Source of the DNA: a virus
Length of the DNA: 64,000 nucleotides
IMG/VR virus record: IMGVR_UViG_3300010399_000004
Location: 23,740 to 87,739 of that record
Strand: one strand, 5' to 3'
The notes beneath the pieces are model-generated. The model was not told the origin of the DNA. It made no database searches and saw only the letters and a program-made list of their open reading frames with translations. Position numbers and translations under genes: made by a program. How positions within the stretch are numbered: position 1 is the stretch's first letter; every line of letters begins with the position of its first letter. Below, piece after piece: positions 1-8,596 of this stretch.

Positions 1-266
1 AGAATAATAACTGACGTTTTTCGGTCGTCGTAGGCTTCTTGCATGGCCGCGATGTGATGATGGAAGAGGGTTAAAGCATTTTCCGCTGGAGGGACTGGAA
101 GCATTCTACGCTGATCCTCGTTGAAGGCCGACAGCAACGGCCAAGTAGAAAGGACCGGTGTATGCCGGACGGGGACAATGATGAGCCGGGAGAAGTCTGG
201 AAGTGTGTGCATTCCCCATCCTACGAAAGATTTTTAGGGGATAAAAGGAAAAAGTGAAAATTTCGC

Positions 267-294
267 TTGCAAAAGAAGTATTTTGCCTTAGAAT
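267..294 (+). promoter_or_regulatory. Sigma70-like promoter TTGCAA-N16-TAGAAT; related copies near 3829, 40899, 46384, 52102
   Basis: Recurring (AAAATTTC..)TTGCAAAA(G/T)AAGTATTT pattern upstream of gene starts. Confidence 0.65.
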
Positions 295-306
295 TCATTC
301 ATATTC

Positions 307-552
307 ATGAGCAAGCATAGAATCATACTCCGAACAGTAACAATATCTGAAATCGGTCATCTTGATGGATGGCTTTACAGAGAGCAGGGTATCAAGTATA
401 AAACGGCCATCGGAGCATTCATGGGGATTCGTCGCAGATTTACCAGCATGGCAAAGGATTGTCCTGATGCTGTCATCGTGACCGTTGTTTCTTGGGTGCC
501 GAGGACTTCCGCCGGAAGATTGCTTGTTCAAGCCATCACTGACAGATCGTAG
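307..552 (+). CDS. Hypothetical protein
   Basis: ORF directly after promoter. Confidence 0.6.
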   Translation: MSKHRIILRTVTISEIGHLDGWLYREQGIKYKTAIGAFMGIRRRFTSMAKDCPDAVIVTVVSWVPRTSAGRLLVQAITDRS

Positions 553-570
553 TTTGAAAACTTTTCAAAA

Positions 571-843
571 ATGAAACCCGTCTTTTACATATTCACTCAA
601 GCATCGAAAAATGAATTTCGGATCAGAACGGATTCAAGGCAATATTATCCTTCTCTGAGTCATAGTAAAGGCAATACGGTAAAAACGCATCGGGCTGATG
701 TTATGATTGTTATGCAGAACGGGATGTTCATGGTGATCAAAGATAGGTCCGCTCATTTTCTTAGCAAAACAGGAGACGTAAGGGAAATACCCGCCCTTCT
801 TACTGAGATCAATGAATTCTATTTGAAAACTTTTCAAAAATGA
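571..843 (+). CDS. Hypothetical protein
   Basis: ORF coupled to next gene by ATGA overlap. Confidence 0.6.
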   Translation: MKPVFYIFTQASKNEFRIRTDSRQYYPSLSHSKGNTVKTHRADVMIVMQNGMFMVIKDRSAHFLSKTGDVREIPALLTEINEFYLKTFQK

Positions 844-1556
844 AACTGCTCAAAGCCCCCAATACTTATAAGCCCGGCACCTACGGGGGCTGGATTCTTT
901 CTATGTCGGAATCCAAGAGCAATCATATCCTGCCCAGCTACTACTCTGGAATGGTAAAGCCTAAAGGATTTATTCCCACGCTGCACGATAAGGATGGTCT
1001 GCTTTGGATGTCAGTAACGGTTATGGAGTTGGAGTCTCAGTTTCACCACAACGCAAATGCATTCGGAGACGTGATAGTTGCGGGGGCCGGACTATGCGTG
1101 CTCCCCTTCAACTTGCTCCAGAATCCCAAAGTGAATCACGTAACGATTCTGGAACGCTCTCCGGAGCTTTTTGATTCCTGGGGAGAACTTGTGGGTCTGT
1201 CGCAATGGAAACGGAGCGACAAGCTGACGCTAATCAATGTGGACGCTTTGCAGTGGGAGGGGAAATGTGATGTATTGCTGGCGGATATCTGGCTGGAAAT
1301 TGGGCATGAATCGTTGGAAGGGGATATGGAAACCTTTGTTCGCAGTATCAAGTTTAAGCGAATGATGTGCTGGGGAGCGGAGATTGCCTTTATTCATTGG
1401 GCCACGCAACGGGGTATTAACGCTTTCACGACTAAGGAGCATCACGCAAAGGAATGGAGCCGCCAGACCGGGCATTATGTTTGGCCAGGATTTCACATAG
1501 ACGCAACGAACGCAGCAACAACCGCCCTTACCGGCACAACTTATCCAAGAGCATGA
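840..1556 (+). CDS. Class I SAM-dependent methyltransferase-fold protein (spermidine-synthase-like)
   Basis: VIVAGAGLCVL motif I, VTILERSPE acidic motif II, INVDA, DVLLADIW. Confidence 0.65.
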   Translation: MKLLKAPNTYKPGTYGGWILSMSESKSNHILPSYYSGMVKPKGFIPTLHDKDGLLWMSVTVMELESQFHHNANAFGDVIVAGAGLCVLPFNLLQNPKVNHVTILERSPELFDSWGELVGLSQWKRSDKLTLINVDALQWEGKCDVLLADIWLEIGHESLEGDMETFVRSIKFKRMMCWGAEIAFIHWATQRGINAFTTKEHHAKEWSRQTGHYVWPGFHIDATNAATTALTGTTYPRA

Positions 1557-1813
1557 TTCCAACAGAAGCACAACAGGAAGCCATCGAAGCAGAGGAAAAG
1601 CGGCAAAGAAGTTTGCCCCGAGGCTGGCATCCAATCAAAGAGCTTGTCATAAATAAAAAAGGCAATGGTAATTGGATTTGGTCTGTCTTTTGGTTCTATA
1701 GAAAAGGAGGGTCAAGCTGCGAGAGTGCTTTGGCCTGTAAATCCAAATTCGGGGCGGAAATTCTGGCATGCATGCTTAACGATTCGGGGGTTAAACCTTA
1801 TACATCCCATTAG
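1553..1813 (+). CDS. Hypothetical protein
   Basis: ATGA-overlap start MIPTEAQ. Confidence 0.55.
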   Translation: MIPTEAQQEAIEAEEKRQRSLPRGWHPIKELVINKKGNGNWIWSVFWFYRKGGSSCESALACKSKFGAEILACMLNDSGVKPYTSH

Positions 1814-1814
1814 C

Positions 1815-2444
1815 ATGAAACAGTTCAACCCACCTTCCCTTCCAGATATAGATGTTGACTGTCTGAAAATCATTGCCAAGCGGGGCAATCAGACTTTCCA
1901 TTCATATCTGGACGATAGAATGTTTAGCGTGGCCGCGGCCTGGAATATTATTCTCAATGCACCCCGCCGACCGCTTTGGGCGGATATTGAACCCCTCCTT
2001 CCCGTTCTGCTGGAAGCGGACATTGACCGGGAGTATGCGGAAAATGAATTGCATCCCGGTATGGATACGGTTCCTGCTCTGGTGTATTTGGAAAAGAATG
2101 GGGAGGATCGCATCATTATTCTGGATGGCTGGCATCGTGTGTGGAATTGGTATAAACGGGGCGAGGATTGCTTACCCTGCTTTGTTTTGGAGCCGGGGGA
2201 AGCCGATGCTGCGGAGATTACAAGAGAACAGGGTGTAGCTCTTTGTTTGCCTTACCAGAAGGACTCAGAGACTCGTAATCATATGTCTCGTATCGTTTCT
2301 CGTAAGCTCAAAGCCGACCGCAGCGCGATTCATGAAATTATTTGCGGCGTTTTGGATGGGCAGGGAATATCCTGGGCAGCTACTACTGCAATCCGGAGAG
2401 GTATTGATCCCTATGCTTTGATTAATACATTGGCAAGCATCTAA
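1815..2444 (+). CDS. ParB/Srx-like N-terminal domain protein
   Basis: IILDGWHRV motif. Confidence 0.55.
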   Translation: MKQFNPPSLPDIDVDCLKIIAKRGNQTFHSYLDDRMFSVAAAWNIILNAPRRPLWADIEPLLPVLLEADIDREYAENELHPGMDTVPALVYLEKNGEDRIIILDGWHRVWNWYKRGEDCLPCFVLEPGEADAAEITREQGVALCLPYQKDSETRNHMSRIVSRKLKADRSAIHEIICGVLDGQGISWAATTAIRRGIDPYALINTLASI

Positions 2445-2450
2445 ATTTTT

Positions 2451-2843
2451 ATGGCTGATATACCTGAACTCTACCGCCGAATGGCGGAGTTAACTCTGTC
2501 GCACTGTCTCAAGTGCCCCACTAGATGCGCAACCAAGTGTTGCGATCCTGACTACTGTGCAATGGTGCCCAAGATAGCCAATGAGCGGGGGGAGCCAGTG
2601 CCCGCTACTACAGGACACTCCACGTTGCCATATATGGGGCCGTCCGGTTGCGTAGCTCCCCCACACCTGCGCCCCCTTTGCACTCTGCATTTGTGCGATA
2701 TCAACAGCGTGGGCTTTATTCGTAAACCAGCAGACAAAACGGGCCGAAAGGGGCCGGTGGACCTTGATGCCACTAACGATTACTTTGCACTTCGAGAAGA
2801 AATCAATGACGCAGAGTGCGCTAATGTGGAAAATATTATCTAA
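2451..2843 (+). CDS. Cys-rich hypothetical protein (possible CxxCxxCC Fe-S/Zn family)
   Basis: CxxC...C..CC...C and RPLC pattern. Confidence 0.55.
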   Translation: MADIPELYRRMAELTLSHCLKCPTRCATKCCDPDYCAMVPKIANERGEPVPATTGHSTLPYMGPSGCVAPPHLRPLCTLHLCDINSVGFIRKPADKTGRKGPVDLDATNDYFALREEINDAECANVENII

Positions 2844-2853
2844 GTTAAATATC

Positions 2854-3285
2854 ATGAAAATCGAATCCATTTGGTTCAAACCTTCGTTCAATATTTCTTT
2901 TTCGGGGGAGGAGTTGCGGGTAATGATTCACGTTGCGAGTAATCATTACGATGGCACATGCCGCCGGACTGTTATGGAAGAATGGCCGGATGCGTTTTTA
3001 TTGCAAGCTCAGAAAGCAGAGCAAAAGTTTCCTGGTGTGTCTTGTTCTTATTCCTGGAGAGACCTAGATTTGTTGGCCAAGATTCTTACAATTATAAATC
3101 ATGGATGCTTGGAAAGTGAAGCGGACCGTAGACTGGCGGGAGAGCTTTATGCTAAGATCAGCGGATTGATTCGGGAGCACAAAGTCATATCCGCTGAGGA
3201 TTTGAAAAGTTTTCAAATCAAAGCAATAAGGGGAACTCAGAACCCCGCCGAGGCTATACATATAATCAAAGGATTGAATCCATGA
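2854..3285 (+). CDS. Hypothetical protein
   Basis: ORF in operon. Confidence 0.55.
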   Translation: MKIESIWFKPSFNISFSGEELRVMIHVASNHYDGTCRRTVMEEWPDAFLLQAQKAEQKFPGVSCSYSWRDLDLLAKILTIINHGCLESEADRRLAGELYAKISGLIREHKVISAEDLKSFQIKAIRGTQNPAEAIHIIKGLNP

Positions 3286-3818
3286 CTGAGCCAGAAGTAA
3301 GAGAACGATTACTGGCCGCTCGCCGGGCAGAACTTGAAAAGGCTGCTATCGCTTACGAGTTTCACGCTGCTTCTATTGACCGGGGAAAGCATTCCGTAAT
3401 ACTGGAGAAGCTTTTGGCCACGGCCTACGAATATGGGGCAGCGTATAGAACCCGATTGGGGACTCCGTGCGATAACTGTCCGTGGGTTAGCGAGGTGGGA
3501 AGGAAGGTATTTAATAAGGAGGTAAAGGAAGCGGCGCGGCGGGGGGATGACTTTGTATGCCAGGGGCAAATGACAAGATGCTGGGGGGCTTTCCTATATG
3601 GCTTGGAATTACCTGCCCCCGCTTCCAAAGGTATGAGCATACTGGACCTGGCCGGGGCCGCAGAGGCTATAGGCGCAGCGCATGGGGACTTGGAAGTAGA
3701 ATGCCGGGGAAGTGATGGAGAACCGGCCCCTCTTCTGGATATAAGAGCGGAGCGTAGAAAGGACGGGAAGAAGGGTGCAAAGGTTGTTTTGTTCCTGGAT
3801 AGCGAATTGCCCGATTAA
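3282..3818 (+). CDS. Hypothetical protein with PCxxCPW...FxC motif (DUF6283-like)
   Basis: PCDNCPW and FVC; similar motif in the 61959 ORF. Confidence 0.55.
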   Translation: MTEPEVRERLLAARRAELEKAAIAYEFHAASIDRGKHSVILEKLLATAYEYGAAYRTRLGTPCDNCPWVSEVGRKVFNKEVKEAARRGDDFVCQGQMTRCWGAFLYGLELPAPASKGMSILDLAGAAEAIGAAHGDLEVECRGSDGEPAPLLDIRAERRKDGKKGAKVVLFLDSELPD

Positions 3819-3862
3819 AAATTTCCCCTTGCAAAAAATCCATTCTCACTTAATATATTCGT

Positions 3863-4141
3863 ATGTTTAAAGGATTCTATCACGGAGAAACAGAAAGCGG
3901 TCTGGCGCGGATACTTAGCCCGCGGGCCGATGGCCGTATTGTCTTTGTCCCTATTGATCGGACTTCACGATTCCGGAAGGTAGCAGTAAAGAATCCGGAG
4001 AAGGACGGAGCCGTATCCCTAAAAGAATGGAAGCCGGGGGGCAAACCATGTCATTGTATTTTCGATGTAGAGGGATGGCTCAAAAACAAGGATGATATGA
4101 AGGGGTTTGATGAAGCTGTTTTCGGAAAGGATTACGTTTGA
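3863..4141 (+). CDS. Hypothetical protein
   Basis: ORF after promoter; stop codon lies inside the palindrome. Confidence 0.6.
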   Translation: MFKGFYHGETESGLARILSPRADGRIVFVPIDRTSRFRKVAVKNPEKDGAVSLKEWKPGGKPCHCIFDVEGWLKNKDDMKGFDEAVFGKDYV

Positions 4142-4165
4142 AAACTTTTCAAAAGACCAATCATT

Positions 4166-4600
4166 ATGAATGCAGCCCTACGTCCCCCCCGCCGAACTCC
4201 GCCAGCAGCTTTAGCCGCCCTTCCCAAACCACCGCGGAGGGGAAGCCCGATAGCGCTGGAAGTTTACGCAGAGGAGATTCAGCCTGACATACAGCAGGAA
4301 CCGGAACCGGGAATCTTCCCCCTTTGCGGGGGCCTTACGGTTTTTGTTCGCAGGAGTAACAGTCTGGTAGCCAACTTCTCCATGCAGGGGCAAATCGACT
4401 CCCCGGAGCACGCAGAATCGCTTGCAAAGGAAAAGCTGGGCGGGGAGATCAATCTTGTTTGCATCGCCGCGGTGCGCCCCGGAAACCCCAATCTGACGCT
4501 GCCCTACGTAGCCCGCCCTTCTGATCCTTTGGTTACAGAGTTGAAGGAATCGTTTCTACGAATCAATGCGGCCTGCAATGCTTTGGGGTTTAAGAAATAA
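4166..4600 (+). CDS. Hypothetical protein
   Basis: ORF in operon. Confidence 0.55.
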   Translation: MNAALRPPRRTPPAALAALPKPPRRGSPIALEVYAEEIQPDIQQEPEPGIFPLCGGLTVFVRRSNSLVANFSMQGQIDSPEHAESLAKEKLGGEINLVCIAAVRPGNPNLTLPYVARPSDPLVTELKESFLRINAACNALGFKK

Positions 4601-4624
4601 GAGTGGCAAAAGAATGTCATTACA

Positions 4625-4861
4625 ATGAGTAATACAACATCAGACACACCACGCACCGATGCAGCCGCTGACTTTCCAGCAGGTCGGCATTGTGTTGATA
4701 TTAATGTATCAAGAGCGCTAGAAAGAGAACTCTCTAGTCTGCGGGACGCGACAATGGCTCTGATGGAGTGGGCTTCTGGGCCCGGTGGAGACTCATCTGT
4801 TTTACACCGCATCATCGCACAGGCTACTGCCGCTTTAGATAAAAATTCTTCTCCAAGGTAA
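4625..4861 (+). CDS. Hypothetical protein with DTPRTDA N-terminal motif
   Basis: Motif shared with 53652..54050. Confidence 0.55.
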   Translation: MSNTTSDTPRTDAAADFPAGRHCVDINVSRALERELSSLRDATMALMEWASGPGGDSSVLHRIIAQATAALDKNSSPR

Positions 4862-4869
4862 AATGTAAA

Positions 4870-5373
4870 ATGAGTGTTTATGTTGATGGAGAAGAGAACA
4901 GCTTTCGTGGGATGAAAATGTCTCACATGGTTGCCGATACTCTGGACGAGTTACATACTACGGCGGGGTATTTTACGCTAGATGGATTCAACACCATTGC
5001 TTACGTGATGGATGAAGAAAAACTTCCTTTGGACAAGTGGATTCACATAAGCCAGGGGGGAGTATTCGGAGAAGTATGGGAAAAGTTGTTTCAAGGCAGG
5101 GTGCCTATACCCATTTCCCTTTTGCAACTTAGGAACGCTTCCAACGATGTGCGCCATGCGGCCGGGCTTATTATTCTCTTCTTTGAAAAGACGGTGGAAG
5201 AGCGGGTGCCTATTTTCCTAAGAGAACCGGAGACACATCTTCATCCTGCGGAAGCGCGGTGCATAATGGGTATGATAAAAAAACTTCAATATTTCTGCGG
5301 AATTGCTTGCCGCGGGCCAAAGTTCGTCCCTAAACCGGTCCCAAAAGGCAGAAGATTGAATCTTGAAGTTTGA
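4870..5373 (+). CDS. Chimeric protein: DUF4031-like N-terminus plus ATPase Walker-B-like segment
   Basis: MSVYVD..SHMVADTLDELH followed by IFLREPETHLHP. Confidence 0.5.
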   Translation: MSVYVDGEENSFRGMKMSHMVADTLDELHTTAGYFTLDGFNTIAYVMDEEKLPLDKWIHISQGGVFGEVWEKLFQGRVPIPISLLQLRNASNDVRHAAGLIILFFEKTVEERVPIFLREPETHLHPAEARCIMGMIKKLQYFCGIACRGPKFVPKPVPKGRRLNLEV

Positions 5374-5388
5374 AAACTTTTCAAATCT

Positions 5389-5820
5389 ATGAATAAAGAA
5401 GATTGCCCGGATTGCGGGGGGACTGGATATCAATTCTTCCCTACTGTGAATCCAAAAGTTTCGGGGACTCACGCGTGTAAAACCTGCAAAGGGCAATCAG
5501 GTAAGGATTCAGTAGTGAAGAATCAACTGGCCCCAGCCCCTTCTATAGGAGGATTGAATCCCGGCCGTGTTGCGCAGCTTGTTCATGAATTCAAAATAGA
5601 AGTATGGAGATTGAAAGGAAGCATTGAACTGGATACCTGCGGCTGGTATGCTCTTATCTTTGGATGGACTTTGGCGCAGGGGGAAGATTTTGACGATTGC
5701 ATAGCCCTGGCGGAATACATACATGAAAACCTATTAAAACAATGCTCTACTCCAAATCAGAATGCGCAGAAGCCAGGAAAGAATGGGAAACTTCCGGAGG
5801 GCGAGGCTGGAAGTCTATGA
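5389..5820 (+). CDS. Hypothetical protein with DnaJ-like CxxCxGxG zinc finger
   Basis: CPDCGGTG, CKTCKG. Confidence 0.55.
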   Translation: MNKEDCPDCGGTGYQFFPTVNPKVSGTHACKTCKGQSGKDSVVKNQLAPAPSIGGLNPGRVAQLVHEFKIEVWRLKGSIELDTCGWYALIFGWTLAQGEDFDDCIALAEYIHENLLKQCSTPNQNAQKPGKNGKLPEGEAGSL

Positions 5821-6335
5821 GCGCGGATGAACAATCCTTATTGGTTATGGCAACTAATGAAAGAAAGCGAAAACTCCGGGACAGCGTTTTGACGGAGGAA
5901 GTTTTGCGGTCTTTTTGGAATTTGGTCGATAAGAAATATTTCGATAACAAGGAAGGAATATGGGAGGAGAATCATCCCTACGGAACTTGCACCTGGGTAA
6001 ATTCCTCGCCCTTCCGATGGATAGAGAAAGGAGCCAGAACAGTTGAGATTTATGGCGGAGACGAGAAAGCCTGTTCAGATTGTGGATTGACTACTACGCT
6101 GGGAATGATTACCGGGCATGACTGGCTGTTTGTAAGCGGGAGATGGCTTATAGATATATGGGCCTGGGCTTATCTCGGTGCCCCGCAATGTCTATATGAT
6201 CTTTGGGAGCCAACTCACGTGGCATGGGTTGACGTTCTGTATCCAAAGCGATGGGAACGAAACGAGAATGCAGAGAAGTGGTCTGCGTGGTTTGATCTTG
6301 CGGAAAGAGACTGGAATGAGTTATTGTCGAAATGA
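5742..6335 (+). CDS. Hypothetical protein (start uncertain)
   Basis: Trp-rich ORF coupled to next gene. Confidence 0.55.
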   Translation: MLYSKSECAEARKEWETSGGRGWKSMSADEQSLLVMATNERKRKLRDSVLTEEVLRSFWNLVDKKYFDNKEGIWEENHPYGTCTWVNSSPFRWIEKGARTVEIYGGDEKACSDCGLTTTLGMITGHDWLFVSGRWLIDIWAWAYLGAPQCLYDLWEPTHVAWVDVLYPKRWERNENAEKWSAWFDLAERDWNELLSK

Positions 6336-6766
6336 AAACCAAACCAAAATTACTAGCTGTTGATTTTGACGGCACTTGCGCGGTTTCCAGATTCCCGAAG
6401 ATAGGGGAACCAGTTCATCTGGCCATTGAATCCCTCCGATTTCTAAAGGAACGGGGCTGGAAGTTAATACTATGGACTGTTCGCAGCGGGCAGACTTTAG
6501 TGGAAGCAATGCAATGGGCATCGGATCGGGGAGTAGAATTCGACAGTGCCAATGTAAACCCGAATCAAGGCCGATGGTCTTCCAGCCAGAAAGCTTACGC
6601 CCCATTTTATGTAGATGACTCGGCGCTGGGCTGTCCCCTTCTTGAAGTCGGGAAAGACGTAATGGTTGATTGGTATTCTATAATGGAAATACTCAATATT
6701 CATTATCCGGAGGAAAGAATCGGGGCTTGGCTTACAAAGAAAATTATAGTGAAATCTAACGAATAA
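6332..6766 (+). CDS. HAD-superfamily phosphatase-like protein
   Basis: AVDFDGT motif I, ILWTVR motif II, YVDD motif IV. Confidence 0.85.
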   Translation: MKTKPKLLAVDFDGTCAVSRFPKIGEPVHLAIESLRFLKERGWKLILWTVRSGQTLVEAMQWASDRGVEFDSANVNPNQGRWSSSQKAYAPFYVDDSALGCPLLEVGKDVMVDWYSIMEILNIHYPEERIGAWLTKKIIVKSNE

Positions 6767-6770
6767 CATT

Positions 6771-7016
6771 ATGGGGCTCTATACAGAAAAAATGAAAGAA
6801 GAACAGAAGGCGAAGTCCGATGCCTTTCTCAAGAAGTTATCGGCCGCAGAGCATCCCTCTGCGAAGGTTCCGGACGCGGAAACAAAAAGGTGCATCGGGT
6901 GTTGGGGTAAGAAATGGAGAGTGGACCCGATAACTGGAATTTGTGGATTGTGTTCGCGCTGCAACGGCGCCGGATTCCTCTGCCTGCGGAACCCGTCCAC
7001 AGGGCAGAAGGAATAA
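6771..7016 (+). CDS. Small zinc-finger protein
   Basis: CxxCxG..CxxCxG. Confidence 0.5.
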   Translation: MGLYTEKMKEEQKAKSDAFLKKLSAAEHPSAKVPDAETKRCIGCWGKKWRVDPITGICGLCSRCNGAGFLCLRNPSTGQKE

Positions 7017-7071
7017 GCTTGCTCCTTTCAGTTTAGTGATTTAGTCTGCGGGTCACTACACACTAATATTT

Positions 7072-7425
7072 ATGGACAGAGAAGAAGCACACCCCCTTCA
7101 TTTGCGTTGCGAAGCTCAGGCCAAAGAGAATTCTGATCTTTGGGTTATCATTGATATCTTGCAGGCCGCATTGCGGCGGACTGAACAATTCATGCCACAG
7201 GATGGAAGGCGGCAGGATGTATTTACCCCGCAAGTTGTATTGGCTTTGTTTGCTCGGCAAACCAGTGTTCCTGCGGGAATGTCTTCTCTGCGGATCAGCC
7301 GTAAGTTTTATAATGAAGAGGGGGATGTTGTAGGAACAGAGTTAAGTCGGGCTGGTTTGAATACACCTTTTGTTATTGGGATTGGCCCTGATTCTCCTTT
7401 GGTTACAAGAATAGAAATTTGTTGA
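7072..7425 (+). CDS. Hypothetical protein
   Basis: ORF. Confidence 0.55.
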   Translation: MDREEAHPLHLRCEAQAKENSDLWVIIDILQAALRRTEQFMPQDGRRQDVFTPQVVLALFARQTSVPAGMSSLRISRKFYNEEGDVVGTELSRAGLNTPFVIGIGPDSPLVTRIEIC

Positions 7426-7426
7426 T

Positions 7427-7849
7427 ATGAAACTTTCTTCTTTGAATCCCCAATTTTACAGATACGACCGCCGTATGACGGATGTAGAATTATGCGTAGG
7501 GGATCAGGCTACGTGGAGGGAACGGGGATGTCCAACAGAGAAGAAAAAGGAACTGCGGGACTATCGAATTCCTGTAAATAATATAGAGGAAGCCCAATGC
7601 GTATGGTTTCAATGCCCTAAATGTGTGAGGGAAAAGGGAACCGTGGTTGGGTGTCATTTTGTTGAAGTTACTTTTGCTGACAGGGGAGTTCTGCCTGGGC
7701 AGGGAATCAAAAACAAATCGGGGGAGGATATTCGTTGGAACATAAGCGGAACAAACTATAACGATCTTACGGTTACCCCTTCGGTTCTAATCCAAGGAGG
7801 CTGCGGCTGGCATGGATTTATAACCGCGGGCGAGGTTTCCATAATCTGA
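7427..7849 (+). CDS. DUF6527-like protein
   Basis: FQCP...LTVTPSV..CGWHGFITAG. Confidence 0.55.
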   Translation: MKLSSLNPQFYRYDRRMTDVELCVGDQATWRERGCPTEKKKELRDYRIPVNNIEEAQCVWFQCPKCVREKGTVVGCHFVEVTFADRGVLPGQGIKNKSGEDIRWNISGTNYNDLTVTPSVLIQGGCGWHGFITAGEVSII

Positions 7850-7921
7850 CGCTATGCAAAGAAAGTCTTTTAGCTTGAATAGCCGTATCTGTTGTGCTAA
7901 AAGCGTTTGAAAACTTTTCAA

Positions 7922-8596
7922 ATGTCGGACCGCTCTACAGAACGCATAGTGCCTCAAAGAAGATCGCAGCCCGCGGTCTGCCCCCCGCCTTCTGTTCCGG
8001 GGGGAGCATCCAAACGAATTATTGACGGCACTCCGGGGGGAGAAAAGAAAAAATCCGAGGGAGCGTTGCGTATAATAGCCGCAGAGAAGCAGTTTCTTTT
8101 AAAGACTCTGCGCAGCAGTTTGGGAAATATTTCTCTGGCTTGTTTGAAAGCCAATATTTCGCGGACAAAGTTTACCCGATATGTCGATGAAGACCCGGCA
8201 TTTGCGGAGGGGGTAATTGAAGTTAAAGAAATGGCGGTGGATTTTGCAGAGGGGTGTTTATTTAAGCAAATGCGTAACGGCTCCACTGCCGCAGCTATCT
8301 TCTATCTCAAGACGCAAGGGCGGCACCGGGGCTACATAGAGAGGATTCGACATGAGCTTCCGGACGCTCCGGATGTATCCGCACCGATCACTGCGCAATC
8401 TATTGAAGAGGAAGTTCCGGATGAGAGCATGGATGAAATCTTTGATGTAATTGCCGAGGGAGTAGCGGCGCAAAAACGATTCATCGAAAAACGTAAAGCG
8501 GATGCCCTGAGGGCCGCGGCAGAGAAAGCAAAAGCCATGCCCCCTTCCGGACCAAGACTAATAACGGTCAAATCAAAAGCGGGGGTTGGGGGATGA
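7922..8596 (+). CDS. terS: Terminase small subunit
   Basis: HTH GNISLACLKANISRTKF, AAIFYLKTQGRHRGYIER; directly upstream of TerL. Confidence 0.8.
   Translation: MSDRSTERIVPQRRSQPAVCPPPSVPGGASKRIIDGTPGGEKKKSEGALRIIAAEKQFLLKTLRSSLGNISLACLKANISRTKFTRYVDEDPAFAEGVIEVKEMAVDFAEGCLFKQMRNGSTAAAIFYLKTQGRHRGYIERIRHELPDAPDVSAPITAQSIEEEVPDESMDEIFDVIAEGVAAQKRFIEKRKADALRAAAEKAKAMPPSGPRLITVKSKAGVGG

Noticed and set aside
1-212. Partial minus-strand ORF at the window edge
   Set aside because: No recognisable motif and truncated; cannot be supported
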